From: a virus
Reading direction: 5' to 3' (one strand)
IMG/VR virus record: IMGVR_UViG_3300024520_000027
Span: 1-37,777 of that record
DNA length: 37,777 nt
The notes under the pieces were generated by a model that made no database searches, was not told the DNA's origin, and saw only the letters and a list, made by a program, of their open reading frames with translations. The position numbers were made by a program, and so were the translations under genes. Within the stretch, counting starts at the first letter, position 1. The number at the start of each line of letters is the position of its first letter. Below are positions 1-8,386 of this stretch, piece after piece.

Positions 1-127
1 AGAACTCCGGCTACTGGTTGAGCGTTATTTCCTGTTGTGAAATCTCGCAGAGGTTTTTGCACCGCCGCTGCTACTGAACTTGGCTTCACAGATCCGTGCG
101 TCTCCAAGTGCAACCTAGCCACAGCTA
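1..127. repeat. Left copy of an exact 127-bp terminal direct repeat (same as 37651..37777). Indicates a circularly closed or terminally redundant genome with 37,650 unique bp.
   Basis: Direct comparison: bases 1..127 (agaactccggctactggttg...caacctagccacagcta) recur base for base at 37651..37777. Confidence 0.95.
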
Positions 128-461
128 TGGCTTCATTGTGCCATGAGCGGTCCGAGCGGAATCTCTGCTTGCAGCGGGGACACCATGCCCCCGCAGGATT
201 CAACACGCCGCAGGCCGTGCACCGCGCTCGCTTGCCGTCCTTGTGCCGCACGGGAATACCCTCTTTGATCAGCTCTCCGTCGTCGCTCATCATCCCTGCT
301 GAAAACAAGTCTCGCTCCCAACGACGCACCGTGGACACGCTCACCTTGAATCTCTCCGCTGCCTCTTCGCGCGTCTCCTCGACGCCTGTCGATCTGTACA
401 CCCAGAGCGCGATCGGCCCTGGATGCAGACCGAGGTCGAAGAGTGGTCCGTATTCACTCAC
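1..461 (-). CDS. N-terminal part of a junction-spanning CDS encoding an HTH plus CxxC-N9-CxxC zinc-ribbon DNA-binding protein (about 179 aa once the ends are joined).
   Basis: My own minus-strand translation in a frame absent from the ORF track, because its stop lies off the left edge. GTG at 461..459 overlaps the TGA of ORF 454..816 (GTGA). It reads VSEYGPLF..EEAAERFKVSVSTVRRWERD..RCTACGVLNPAGAWCPRCKQRF..AIAVARLHLETH. G/C-rich third codon positions. The 127-bp repeat joins it in frame to ORF 37572..37772. Confidence 0.6.
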   Translation of the reverse strand, partial: MSEYGPLFDLGLHPGPIALWVYRSTGVEETREEAAERFKVSVSTVRRWERDLFSAGMMSDDGELIKEGIPVRHKDGKRARCTACGVLNPAGAWCPRCKQRFRSDRSWHNEAIAVARLHLETHGSVKPSSVAAAVQKPLRDFTTGNNAQPVAGV

Positions 462-816
462 CCATTACATCCCGAAGGTCCCCGAGTCGCAGCACCGCAT
501 TCCTCGGATATCCTTCGTATTTCGCGAGATAGCTTACGGCCCATCGATGGAGACCCCAAGCCCGCTTAAGGATTTTCGCGTTTTCTGCGGTATCTCGCCC
601 CCGATCGCACATAACACAGACGGTTACATCGTCGGTATCCATAAGCCGCAAATCGTCTCTCAGCGTCCACGGCCCTGGGGATGCCACAGGGGGTTCAAGT
701 TGCTCTAGGATCTCCGTGAGCACACCAAGACACTTCCAGTCGCTTTCCGTCGCCTCGCAATAGAGGTCGTCTATCAGTTCTCGTGCTCGCTTCATTGACA
801 GTTTGATCTCAGTCAT
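454..816 (-). CDS. Hypothetical protein (PGPW...ENA motif family).
   Basis: 120-aa ORF. ATGA overlap with the upstream gene and GTGA overlap with the downstream gene. Motif SPGPWTL...TAENAKIL resembles that of ORF 32692..33066. Confidence 0.7.
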   Translation of the reverse strand: MTEIKLSMKRARELIDDLYCEATESDWKCLGVLTEILEQLEPPVASPGPWTLRDDLRLMDTDDVTVCVMCDRGRDTAENAKILKRAWGLHRWAVSYLAKYEGYPRNAVLRLGDLRDVMGE

Positions 817-1172
817 TTTTGCCCCATGTAAAAGTTCATCACGTCTTCAGGACGATACCGTGGATGGCCCGAAGGAAGTCGGAAATACGGGATGCCGTCG
901 TCTTTTTTCCGCCACGTATTCAAGGAGCGCGTAGAGACTCCTAGAACTTTTGCTACTTCGGCCGAGGTCATCGCCTCGTCGTTCCGGCAGCGAGCACGCA
1001 AACTTTTCAGCACCCCTTTTCCTGCCGGCCCACCTTTGACCAGCCTTTGGTAGTAGCCTAGCCAACTTGATGACCAGCTCATGCTTGCGTAAGCATCCTC
1101 GACCAAGCCCCAGAGCCGTTCGTTTTCAGCAAGAAGCTTCAAATCATTCCGCGTCATCTTCCACCTCTTCAA
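813..1172 (-). CDS. Excisionase/MerR-type helix-turn-helix DNA-binding protein.
   Basis: C-terminal MTSAEVAKVLGVSTRSLNTWRKKDDGIPYFRLPSGHPRYRPEDV matches the Xis/AlpA-like HTH pattern. Confidence 0.7.
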   Translation of the reverse strand: MKRWKMTRNDLKLLAENERLWGLVEDAYASMSWSSSWLGYYQRLVKGGPAGKGVLKSLRARCRNDEAMTSAEVAKVLGVSTRSLNTWRKKDDGIPYFRLPSGHPRYRPEDVMNFYMGQK

Positions 1173-1213
1173 GAAGGTTTTTGGCCGGCGACTGCGGCAC
1201 TTGTGACGATTGT

Positions 1214-1477
1214 TTATGGTCTTGTATCTTCATCTTCCACCTTCAATCTCCACGCCTCGAGGATGGTCAGGCGCTTGTCCAGCTCCGTCATCCTCCGCAT
1301 GATTGGCATGCTGTCGCCGCCAAGAAACACCTCGATAAGCCGCTGGGCGAAGACGGGCGTAATGTGCCCACCCTCTTCCCAGCGTGCCACTGTGCGAGGA
1401 CCGGCGCCTATGGCTTCAGCAAACGTCTTCACGCTCATCCCGCATCGCTGCCGTATATCTCGCACGTCGATCTTCAT
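1214..1477 (-). CDS. XRE/Cro-CI family HTH transcriptional regulator.
   Basis: RQRCGMSVKTFAEAIGAGPRTVARWEEGGH is a typical XRE HTH. 87 aa. 4-nt overlap with the upstream annealase gene. Confidence 0.8.
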   Translation of the reverse strand: MKIDVRDIRQRCGMSVKTFAEAIGAGPRTVARWEEGGHITPVFAQRLIEVFLGGDSMPIMRRMTELDKRLTILEAWRLKVEDEDTRP

Positions 1478-2046
1478 ACAGCCTTGCCCAACTCTTCAGC
1501 CCGCGCCTTGCATGCCTGCATGAACGTCTCCACTGCAGCAGCGTCGAGCGTTGGCTCGTTTTCCGCGTAGAATGCACGTACTTCGCCGACCGTCGAAAAG
1601 TCCTTCAGCTTGGACATCAGAGGCATCACAGTCGCCACCTTCATCTGCTTCTGCTCGGCCTTGGGCTTGTCGCTGATGTCTCTTGGGATGTCCTCGCCCG
1701 CGTACAGAGACAGGCCGATCCCGGTATGCACCGCGATTGCCTTTGTTAGGCAGCGCTGCGCCGACACTTCAAAGTCCGCCGAGGTTGGGTTTTGCACAGC
1801 CTTCATCGAGTGGTTGCGCACTGCGTGCGTCCACAGGTATTCGTCACCATCCACCTCGAAACCCGTCGTGACCATCGCCGTTCCGTTAATATCACTGTAC
1901 TCTGGACGCACAGGGCAGGCGCCTGGCCACTTCTTTTTCAGCTCAATCCAGGCGTATACCCAAGAGAGGTACGAATACTTCCCCTTCTTCTTGATCTTGT
2001 CTGAGACGTCCTTGCCGTACAGATCGATAAAACTCTCGTTCTTCAT
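1474..2046 (-). CDS. Single-strand annealing protein, Sak/Rad52-like (DUF1071 type).
   Basis: YSYLSWVYAWIELKKKWP ... RCLTKAIAVHTGIGLSLYAGEDIP matches the Sak/DUF1071 signature as I remember it. Start chosen at ATG 2046 (MKNESF), which forms an ATGA overlap with the stop of the nuclease gene. Confidence 0.8.
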   Translation of the reverse strand: MKNESFIDLYGKDVSDKIKKKGKYSYLSWVYAWIELKKKWPGACPVRPEYSDINGTAMVTTGFEVDGDEYLWTHAVRNHSMKAVQNPTSADFEVSAQRCLTKAIAVHTGIGLSLYAGEDIPRDISDKPKAEQKQMKVATVMPLMSKLKDFSTVGEVRAFYAENEPTLDAAAVETFMQACKARAEELGKAV

Positions 2047-2657
2047 TTGATTGCTCCGTGGTTCAGGTGATAGTGCAGGAGGATCTTCAAATACTCCTCC
2101 CGCCATTCTGACAGATCGTCAAGGATTACTTCTTTGTGCCCCTCACCTTTCTTGCTGAGGTACACCACTCGCGCCCGTTTCACCTTGACTCCAAGCGCTT
2201 CTTCTGCCAGCAGCGCATATGCACCGCCAGTCTTAATCTTGTCCTCTCTTCGCGGGTTGCCTGTCTTCCAGTCGACAACCTCAAAGCCTTCCCCGAAATC
2301 TGCACATAAGTCCATAGTGCCGCCCACGCGCAACTTATCGCTCAGAATACGGCGTTCGACAGAGATAGGCCAAAAGTCCCCGACCTCTTCTTTCCATTGT
2401 TTCCAGGCCGTAATCGTCAAAGCAACCCTTGGCGCGTACGCCTCTGGCACGGTGTCCGGCTTGAACGAATCCGAGCAGAATGACGCAAAAAAACTATGCG
2501 CAATTGTGCCTATTTCCGCAGCTTCGACAATGTGTGGGAGATCGGGAAGCCCCCCAGGCTTCACGGTCTCGGACACCCGAGCGTATTTCTTGCCCTCGGG
2601 AAACTCCTCGCTTGTCTTCAGGTAGTACCCGCTGAATGCTTCAATGGTTTCGGTCAC
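2043..2657 (-). CDS. PD-(D/E)XK exonuclease (Cas4/RecB-like), partner of the annealase.
   Basis: GGTMDLCADFGEGFEVVDWKTGN carries the D...E-V-V-D-W-K motif. Start chosen at GTG 2657, which forms a GTGA overlap with the stop of 2654..3025. The longer ORF reaching 2738 overlaps that gene. Confidence 0.7.
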   Translation of the reverse strand: MTETIEAFSGYYLKTSEEFPEGKKYARVSETVKPGGLPDLPHIVEAAEIGTIAHSFFASFCSDSFKPDTVPEAYAPRVALTITAWKQWKEEVGDFWPISVERRILSDKLRVGGTMDLCADFGEGFEVVDWKTGNPRREDKIKTGGAYALLAEEALGVKVKRARVVYLSKKGEGHKEVILDDLSEWREEYLKILLHYHLNHGAIK

Positions 2658-3025
2658 AGCCCCACCGCCTTCAGGAGCGCCATGCTGCCGTCGCACAGGC
2701 ATTCTCCCGGCAGCCGACCACTGCCGCACATGGGGCACCCGCCTTGGCCCTCAACATAGTTCTCCAAGGTCGCCGTACACTGCCCTAGCACCATCGCTGA
2801 GCGCGTGTACATCGTCTCATACTCTCTCGCCTCCGCGACAGCCGCCACCGCCCTAAACGCCATCTCAAAGCTCCTCAGCACCTCCACTCCATGCCCAGCC
2901 GCTTGCTCTTCCTGCGCGCTGATACAGCACCTCTCAGGCTCTGTGGAGCGTCCGATGAACGGCTCCCCGCACGCTCCGCAGCTTCTGGGCACATACAAGG
3001 TCTCTTCCTGGATTTCTGCCAACAT
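2654..3025 (-). CDS. Cys-rich (zinc-ribbon-like) hypothetical protein; first gene of the early operon.
   Basis: 123-aa ORF with SCGACGEPF and CPMCGSGRLPGECLC. GGAGG lies 5 nt upstream of ATG 3025, and a promoter-like element lies just upstream. Confidence 0.7.
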   Translation of the reverse strand: MLAEIQEETLYVPRSCGACGEPFIGRSTEPERCCISAQEEQAAGHGVEVLRSFEMAFRAVAAVAEAREYETMYTRSAMVLGQCTATLENYVEGQGGCPMCGSGRLPGECLCDGSMALLKAVGL

Positions 3026-3054
3026 TCAAGCCTCCGTGAATCGCTTCTGCTTTT

Positions 3055-3083
3055 TGTATAAAATGGCACCCTGTGCATGTCAA
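3055..3083 (-). promoter_or_regulatory. Sigma-70-like promoter for the leftward early/replication operon.
   Basis: Minus strand reads TTGACA (3083..3078), then 17 nt, then TATACA (3060..3055). This is about 30 nt upstream of the GGAGG/ATG of gene 2654..3025. Confidence 0.55.
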
Positions 3084-3381
3084 CAAAATAGATGGGCGCC
3101 GGAGAGTGATGCGCATCACGGCGGAGAATCCGCTCGGAGACTACGCTTTCCGAATGGATACACATACAGCTCAGATTTTGGAACTGCAGAAAAGCCGCAA
3201 CAGAATGGCAGTGCTCGCTTTGTCGATGGTTGCGTGCGTGACGTTTGGCGCTGGCTTGGCGACAGGCTCTCTCTTGTTCAATACAAGAGTCGAGGAGAAG
3301 CTCGTGTTCATCGAGGACGGAGAGCGGCTTGAGGGCCTTCAGGCCTCCCTTGCCCGCATCGACTATGGTGCCGGGCGCTAG
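3073..3381 (+). CDS. Possible small membrane-anchored protein; the only plus-strand ORF in this spacer. Start uncertain.
   Basis: The C-terminal 58 codons from MAVLALSMVACVTFGAGLATGSLLF have G/C-rich third positions and one hydrophobic helix. No clear SD. The end overlaps the stop of the convergent 1317-aa gene. Confidence 0.35.
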   Translation: MHVNKIDGRRRVMRITAENPLGDYAFRMDTHTAQILELQKSRNRMAVLALSMVACVTFGAGLATGSLLFNTRVEEKLVFIEDGERLEGLQASLARIDYGAGR

Positions 3382-6300
3382 TCTCTCGTCGTCGTCTGAC
3401 CTACGGTATATTGCAATAGGATGCGAGCGGTCTCTTCCTCTATCCACTTGCTTGCCGCGTCCTCACCTTGTGCTTTTTCTACGCGTGGAAACTGCGCACT
3501 GAGCGCGGCGATTGCAGATTCCATGGCTTGCGCGTCCTTCGCTTCATTCTTGTCTACCTCGTTGCGCGCGAAACCACCGAAGGCGGCCTTACTAAGCGCA
3601 TCCCAAATGCTCATCTCGTTGCCCCGGATGTCCTTGCCCATACCTTTGTCGTCCAGGCTACGCGCCACCGGAATCACCTTGTCCAAAAGATGATAGGCGA
3701 GCGCCGGAGAATACTGTTTGAGTAACCACATCGCGCGACCTTGATTCGGTGACACTATCGGCCTGCGCAGATGAGAATCGTAGTCTATGATCATCAACGG
3801 CACGGCGGAAATAGGCCCAGGCTTTGAGGTCCAGACGTCGCTGTATTTGTCCTTGCCAAACGAGCTGCCTTTTTCTAGAGAGAGGGTTTGCGACGGAACT
3901 GATGGCATAAACCGACGGAAGTCGTAATCGTAGTTCTCCGTGAGTGGACCAGAGCCGGCTGCGCGATACCGGGGTTGGTTCCTCATGCGCCTTTTTGTTT
4001 CTTCGTCGGCGACGTCATATCCCGCGTCTTCAGTCTTCATGGCCAGCGACATTTTAACCGGCTGCTTCGCAAACCGGTTGATCGTTTGACCTGTCTTCTT
4101 CCAGGCAAAGCGGGTGAACGGAAGAAAGCCGTAGGTGTCTAGCTTGTCCAGCAACAGTGGTGTGTCTCTGTAGTCAAAGTGATGCTCGAGCACATGCTCG
4201 TGCGCGATGCGGCGCAGCTCCGGGTCCGTAAGCGCCTTGTCCACGCTGATTTTGTATTGTTTCGCGCTTCGCCGAATACTTCTCTCGTAGAACTGGTGCA
4301 TTGAGGACTCATCACCGTGACGCCAAAGCTTCGTGGCGAACTTGGCCGGCCGATTCTCCGAATAGAGCCAGCGGGCAAAACCTGAAACCTTCGAAGCCCA
4401 GGCGCCATCGAAGCCACCGCCAGCCTTGACCAATTCAGAAGCCGTACGCCCGCCAGTATTCCCGACCTCTCTCAAGTCTGCGTGCTGAATTATGCCGTCT
4501 TCTTGCATCGCTTTATAGAACTTGTCCCCGCTTTTGCCCGACCCTCTGCCGACTCCAAAATGCCCCTTCAGCAAGGCCGACGGGCTCCCGTTGTCAAGGA
4601 TGTGCGCCAACGTGTTGTCTCCAAGCTGCATAAAGTGAGAGCTTGGGCCGAGAATGACCTTGGCCGACTTCCAGCCAAGAACACTTTCACGCAAGGCTGC
4701 GGCATAAACATCGCTTGTTTTCTGAAAGGCTCGGAGACGAACCCAGTCGTTGCGTTTTATGTAGCGGCCACCGAGAGCACCAAACTCGTCTACATCGAAT
4801 CCGGGTATGTTCTTCTTTTTTATCAACACGTAGCCTGGCGCCGGGGCGTCTAGAGTGTGAGGAAGTATGTCCTCATACAGCTTGAACTTCGCCGCGACAC
4901 TTCTCACGGCAGCCTGGCGGATCTGCATAGCCTTGTCTATTTCCAGGGCTCCGGCTTGCATACGCTCTTCGATGGTCGCGTGTTTTCTCAGGCTTGCCCT
5001 CATCCCCATACCCAGGTCAAAGCCCTTCGCCTTCGGCAGCATTGAGCTGAGGAACACCTGCTCATCGCTCATGGCCGCCACCTTGCCAAGCTCCCCGGAG
5101 ATGAGACCTTTCTTTCTCATTATTCTTTCGACCGCTTTGCGGTGCTTCTTTTTGAGCTTCCCCAAGCGAACGTCCGGAATGTAGTCGGGAGCATTCTGCC
5201 TAAACGTACTCATCTTCAGCAGCGATTGACCGTTGCCGAGGTTGACGTTCTGCATCTCGTCGGCGAGGTCGAGGAACAGCTTTCTTCCGTACTCCAGCTC
5301 TTTCCCTGCTTTTTGGATGAACTCGGGCGCATCAGGCGAGATGACGACTTTCACGTCCTTCGCTTTTGGGTGAAGAACGAACATGGCTTTGTGGCTCTCG
5401 ATGGGAAGTCCGTCGACCTCAAAGGTGACCATCTTCTTCCTCATCGACGCAGCCAAAAGCTGCGCCTTGTTGTCATTCTTGCCGAAGTATTCACTGCGCA
5501 AGGCATCCAGCGCTGCTGGCTCTTCCTTGGCCCGAGCCAAGAACTCGCGCGCTTCTTCCTCTGACATTTGCCGGCGAGTTTCTTCTTTGTGGGCCTTGTC
5601 TACCTTTTTCGCAGGAGGGCGAAAGCTGGACTTGGTGCCCATCGTGTCAACGTCATCGAGTATCGCGAGCGGCCCGTCCCCCAGTTCCTTTTCAGTAAAC
5701 TTCGACTTCAGATAAAGTTCGTTTTTATCCCACGCGCTTATATTCGGACCATCCTCTCCATACTTCAGCCTCGGGGCTCCTGGTATGGTGTCGTCGGTAG
5801 CGAGGGTGGAAGATGGCCCTTCTTGCTTCGACGGCAGCGGCTCGTCGACTTTGGACAATGCGGGGTCGACTTTTCTTGAGGCAAGCTCGGCCTTCCGAGA
5901 GACGCTGTAGGAACCTGTCGGTTCGCCTGCGGATGACTTAACCGGGCGCGGCGGTCTGTCGAAGTTTGTTCCTTTCGGAATCGGATCGTCTACGGCCTTG
6001 GCCATAGCTTCGGAGACGGGAGTTTTGGACGGGGACGAAACCTTAGAAGCTTTTGAGCCCGCCGCCGCAGCCCTCGACGCAGGCCGCACCCCCGAAGCAA
6101 TCAGCAGCTCAATCTCGGCCGCATCATTAATCAGCTCTGCTCGTATGTCCTCAGCGCCGTCGAGGGTGCGCGACTCAAGGTGTCTCGCGTATTCAATCTT
6201 CTGTTCTGGGGTGAAGTCCTTAAATATTTCTTCGACTTCCTTTTTTCCTCTAAAAATGTCGGCGTCGAGCTTCTGCCGGAACTTCTCCAGCTTGGTTCTC

Positions 6301-7331
6301 ACGGCAGTGGTCACTCCGACATTCCGGTCCACGAGCCATTGAGCGCCGGTAACGCCCGCGTCCCCAGCTTTCGCGGCCGCCTCGTTCAGCTTCGCTGCCT
6401 TTGCAGCAAGGGGGACGGAGAGCTTGCCGAGCCACGACGTCCCCTCAACATGCGCCAACGCAGCCGCCCTGAACGCTTCCGGCGCCTGCTCGATGGAGCG
6501 CTTCATCACCTTTTTGGTGACCTTGGTTATGGTGTTGCGACGAAGAGCCTCCGCAACCCCCGCAGAAGCTATCTTCCCCGCCTGCATTCGACTGCCTTTG
6601 GACGCCAAAGCTGCGGCTTTGGCTCCTGCCGCTGCTGGCAGAGCGACTCTGACAGCGGGAGCCAGGTTGGCGACGTACTCGAAAGGGTTATCGTTCATCG
6701 CTTTGATTGGGTGGTCGACGAACTTCTCTCCGCTCTCGAGTAGGAGTTTGCCCATCATATTCGCGAACTCTGTCCCGTCCTCGACAAGGTTCTTGGTCGC
6801 AAGCTCCTGGCCTTTCCTCATGGCCAAACCGTAGTCTTCACCTTCGCCGTAATATCGACGCCCAAACTCATCGGCGACGTCGTCACCGTACTTGTCCATT
6901 CTACTGGCGGCCATCCCAAAGGTCTTGACGAGACCCGACGCGGCCTTGCCTATGCCGACAACCGCTCCTGTATACGGATCTGTTTGCTCTTGAATTGCCG
7001 TATCTGTCTTCGCCCTATCGCCTTTTTCTGCGATCTCAGCAAGCTCTTCGTCGCTCTTCCACTTCCGCGCCGTAACGGCTTCGTACGCAGCGTGGTCGTT
7101 GTCACGCTCCTCACCTACGATTTCGTGGGCGGTTGTCGCGAGGCTGTCGTAAACCATCGCCGGGCCCCGGAGGGCCTCGCTGGCGTAGGCGTACCAAGGC
7201 GTCTCCTCACTCTCGGGTGCAGACCCTCCTTCGACTCTGGCCATAGCCTCGTCTAGAGATATGCCCTTCTTCTCTTTTTTTTCAGGCGCAGATCCTTTCT
7301 CTATCTCAGCCATAGCCTCGTCTAGGTTCAC
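3378..7331 (-). CDS. Giant virion-block protein (1317 aa), candidate internal/ejection protein. Function unassigned.
   Basis: Uninterrupted ORF. GTG start in a GTGA overlap with the upstream gene. Last gene of the virion block. Ala-rich helical N-terminal third. Duplicated N-terminal motif LDEAMA-x-[IV]E-x-GSAPE. No catalytic motif recognised. Confidence 0.85.
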   Translation of the reverse strand: MNLDEAMAEIEKGSAPEKKEKKGISLDEAMARVEGGSAPESEETPWYAYASEALRGPAMVYDSLATTAHEIVGEERDNDHAAYEAVTARKWKSDEELAEIAEKGDRAKTDTAIQEQTDPYTGAVVGIGKAASGLVKTFGMAASRMDKYGDDVADEFGRRYYGEGEDYGLAMRKGQELATKNLVEDGTEFANMMGKLLLESGEKFVDHPIKAMNDNPFEYVANLAPAVRVALPAAAGAKAAALASKGSRMQAGKIASAGVAEALRRNTITKVTKKVMKRSIEQAPEAFRAAALAHVEGTSWLGKLSVPLAAKAAKLNEAAAKAGDAGVTGAQWLVDRNVGVTTAVRTKLEKFRQKLDADIFRGKKEVEEIFKDFTPEQKIEYARHLESRTLDGAEDIRAELINDAAEIELLIASGVRPASRAAAAGSKASKVSSPSKTPVSEAMAKAVDDPIPKGTNFDRPPRPVKSSAGEPTGSYSVSRKAELASRKVDPALSKVDEPLPSKQEGPSSTLATDDTIPGAPRLKYGEDGPNISAWDKNELYLKSKFTEKELGDGPLAILDDVDTMGTKSSFRPPAKKVDKAHKEETRRQMSEEEAREFLARAKEEPAALDALRSEYFGKNDNKAQLLAASMRKKMVTFEVDGLPIESHKAMFVLHPKAKDVKVVISPDAPEFIQKAGKELEYGRKLFLDLADEMQNVNLGNGQSLLKMSTFRQNAPDYIPDVRLGKLKKKHRKAVERIMRKKGLISGELGKVAAMSDEQVFLSSMLPKAKGFDLGMGMRASLRKHATIEERMQAGALEIDKAMQIRQAAVRSVAAKFKLYEDILPHTLDAPAPGYVLIKKKNIPGFDVDEFGALGGRYIKRNDWVRLRAFQKTSDVYAAALRESVLGWKSAKVILGPSSHFMQLGDNTLAHILDNGSPSALLKGHFGVGRGSGKSGDKFYKAMQEDGIIQHADLREVGNTGGRTASELVKAGGGFDGAWASKVSGFARWLYSENRPAKFATKLWRHGDESSMHQFYERSIRRSAKQYKISVDKALTDPELRRIAHEHVLEHHFDYRDTPLLLDKLDTYGFLPFTRFAWKKTGQTINRFAKQPVKMSLAMKTEDAGYDVADEETKRRMRNQPRYRAAGSGPLTENYDYDFRRFMPSVPSQTLSLEKGSSFGKDKYSDVWTSKPGPISAVPLMIIDYDSHLRRPIVSPNQGRAMWLLKQYSPALAYHLLDKVIPVARSLDDKGMGKDIRGNEMSIWDALSKAAFGGFARNEVDKNEAKDAQAMESAIAALSAQFPRVEKAQGEDAASKWIEEETARILLQYTVGQTTTRD

Positions 7332-8386
7332 TGAGATGACCCCATATTCATGCGCTGGATGGCACGGGCCATAGCCTGCCTAGTGTCGAGGCTCGGATTC
7401 TTCTTCTTTTCTTCTTGGGCAAATTCCACGATTTCGGGAGGCAGATTGTCTAAATCTACCCTGAACTGCGCGGCCATAATCTCGAGAGGATCTTTTTCGC
7501 CTTCGCCCTCGCCTTCGCCCGTGGCGCCGCCGGGCTCTGGTGGCGGTGCGGTCGGAGGAGGCATCAGGCCGAGATCTTGATATCTCTTGACCTCTTCCGC
7601 GCGAAGACGTCTCAATTGATCGCGAGCCTCTACCGCGTCGGCAAGCCATTCTGTCCTGCTTTTTTTGGCCCCTTTTATAATGCCTGTCGGCTTTTCCTGA
7701 ATGCCTCGAGCCTTGTTCGTGGCCGTCCTGAGAGTCAACTCCCACTTTTTGGTGTCACGCTTGATCATCGCAAGTTCTGGGTCTTTCGACGTCTTGGAGC
7801 CCTCTCCCTCTTTCGCTCTCTTCTGCCTCGCCCGCGACTCCGCTCGTCGACGTGCAGCGCTGGCGAGGTCTGACTTGTGCTTGTCTGCTTTCTGCTTCGC
7901 CGTAACAGTTTCCGCTGCTCGGGCGCGTTTCAGCTCTGCAAGGTCCAGCGTTGCCTGGCGTTTAGCCATAGCTGTGGCTCGTGGTCCGTAGGCCTCCCTC
8001 GAATCATGCTCGGCCTCAACCCCTGCAAACTGCTCGCGCGTCGGAGGCCCAACCTCCGGCGCCGCATTCGGGCCGACGTTCGGGGTCATGCGCGAGCGCT
8101 GTTTCATGGCCTGCTCAAGCTCATACCTGTCCCCGGCCCGGTCATGCCTCTCGCCGGCACGAGATGCTTCGGCAATAGCTCGCTGCTGCTGAGCCTCTGC
8201 TCTGGCCTCTGCTTGCTCTTTCCACACGTTCTCTTTCTCTTGCTGAGCGCGTTTCTCCTGTAGTTGAGAAAGGTTCATGAGCAGACCGGAGATCTGCCCC
8301 ATGCCTTGCTGCGATTGCTGTTGGAACTGCTGCGCTCTACGGCGCCGCAGATCTTCTAGTGCCAAAAGAACTCTTGGATCGGTCAT
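7328..8386 (-). CDS. Highly charged coiled-coil-like protein (352 aa), candidate internal virion protein.
   Basis: ORF rich in E/R/K/Q/A (QQSQQ.., RAEAQQQRAIAEASRAGERHDRAGDRYELEQ). ATGA overlaps on both sides. Confidence 0.75.
   Translation of the reverse strand: MTDPRVLLALEDLRRRRAQQFQQQSQQGMGQISGLLMNLSQLQEKRAQQEKENVWKEQAEARAEAQQQRAIAEASRAGERHDRAGDRYELEQAMKQRSRMTPNVGPNAAPEVGPPTREQFAGVEAEHDSREAYGPRATAMAKRQATLDLAELKRARAAETVTAKQKADKHKSDLASAARRRAESRARQKRAKEGEGSKTSKDPELAMIKRDTKKWELTLRTATNKARGIQEKPTGIIKGAKKSRTEWLADAVEARDQLRRLRAEEVKRYQDLGLMPPPTAPPPEPGGATGEGEGEGEKDPLEIMAAQFRVDLDNLPPEIVEFAQEEKKKNPSLDTRQAMARAIQRMNMGSSQ

Noticed and set aside
37-708. 223-aa plus-strand ORF at the left end of the window.
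   Set aside because: It lies antisense to two well-formed, coupled minus-strand genes (the junction-spanning HTH gene and 454..816). It has no SD and a Pro/Arg/Ser-rich shadow-ORF composition typical of GC-rich DNA.
2875-3447. 190-aa minus-strand ORF spanning the late/early spacer.
   Set aside because: It overlaps the 3' end of the 1317-aa gene, the promoter region and gene 2654..3025 in another frame. Its composition is shadow-like.
7275-7282. An A8/T8 homopolymer near the 5' end of the giant gene, and a G8 tract at 26500..26507 in the control region, as phase-variation or slippage sites.
   Set aside because: The A-run simply encodes Lys-Lys in a charged linker (PEKKEKKG). The G8 tract is intergenic with no clear relation to promoter spacing. 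There is no evidence of length heterogeneity from a single sequence.
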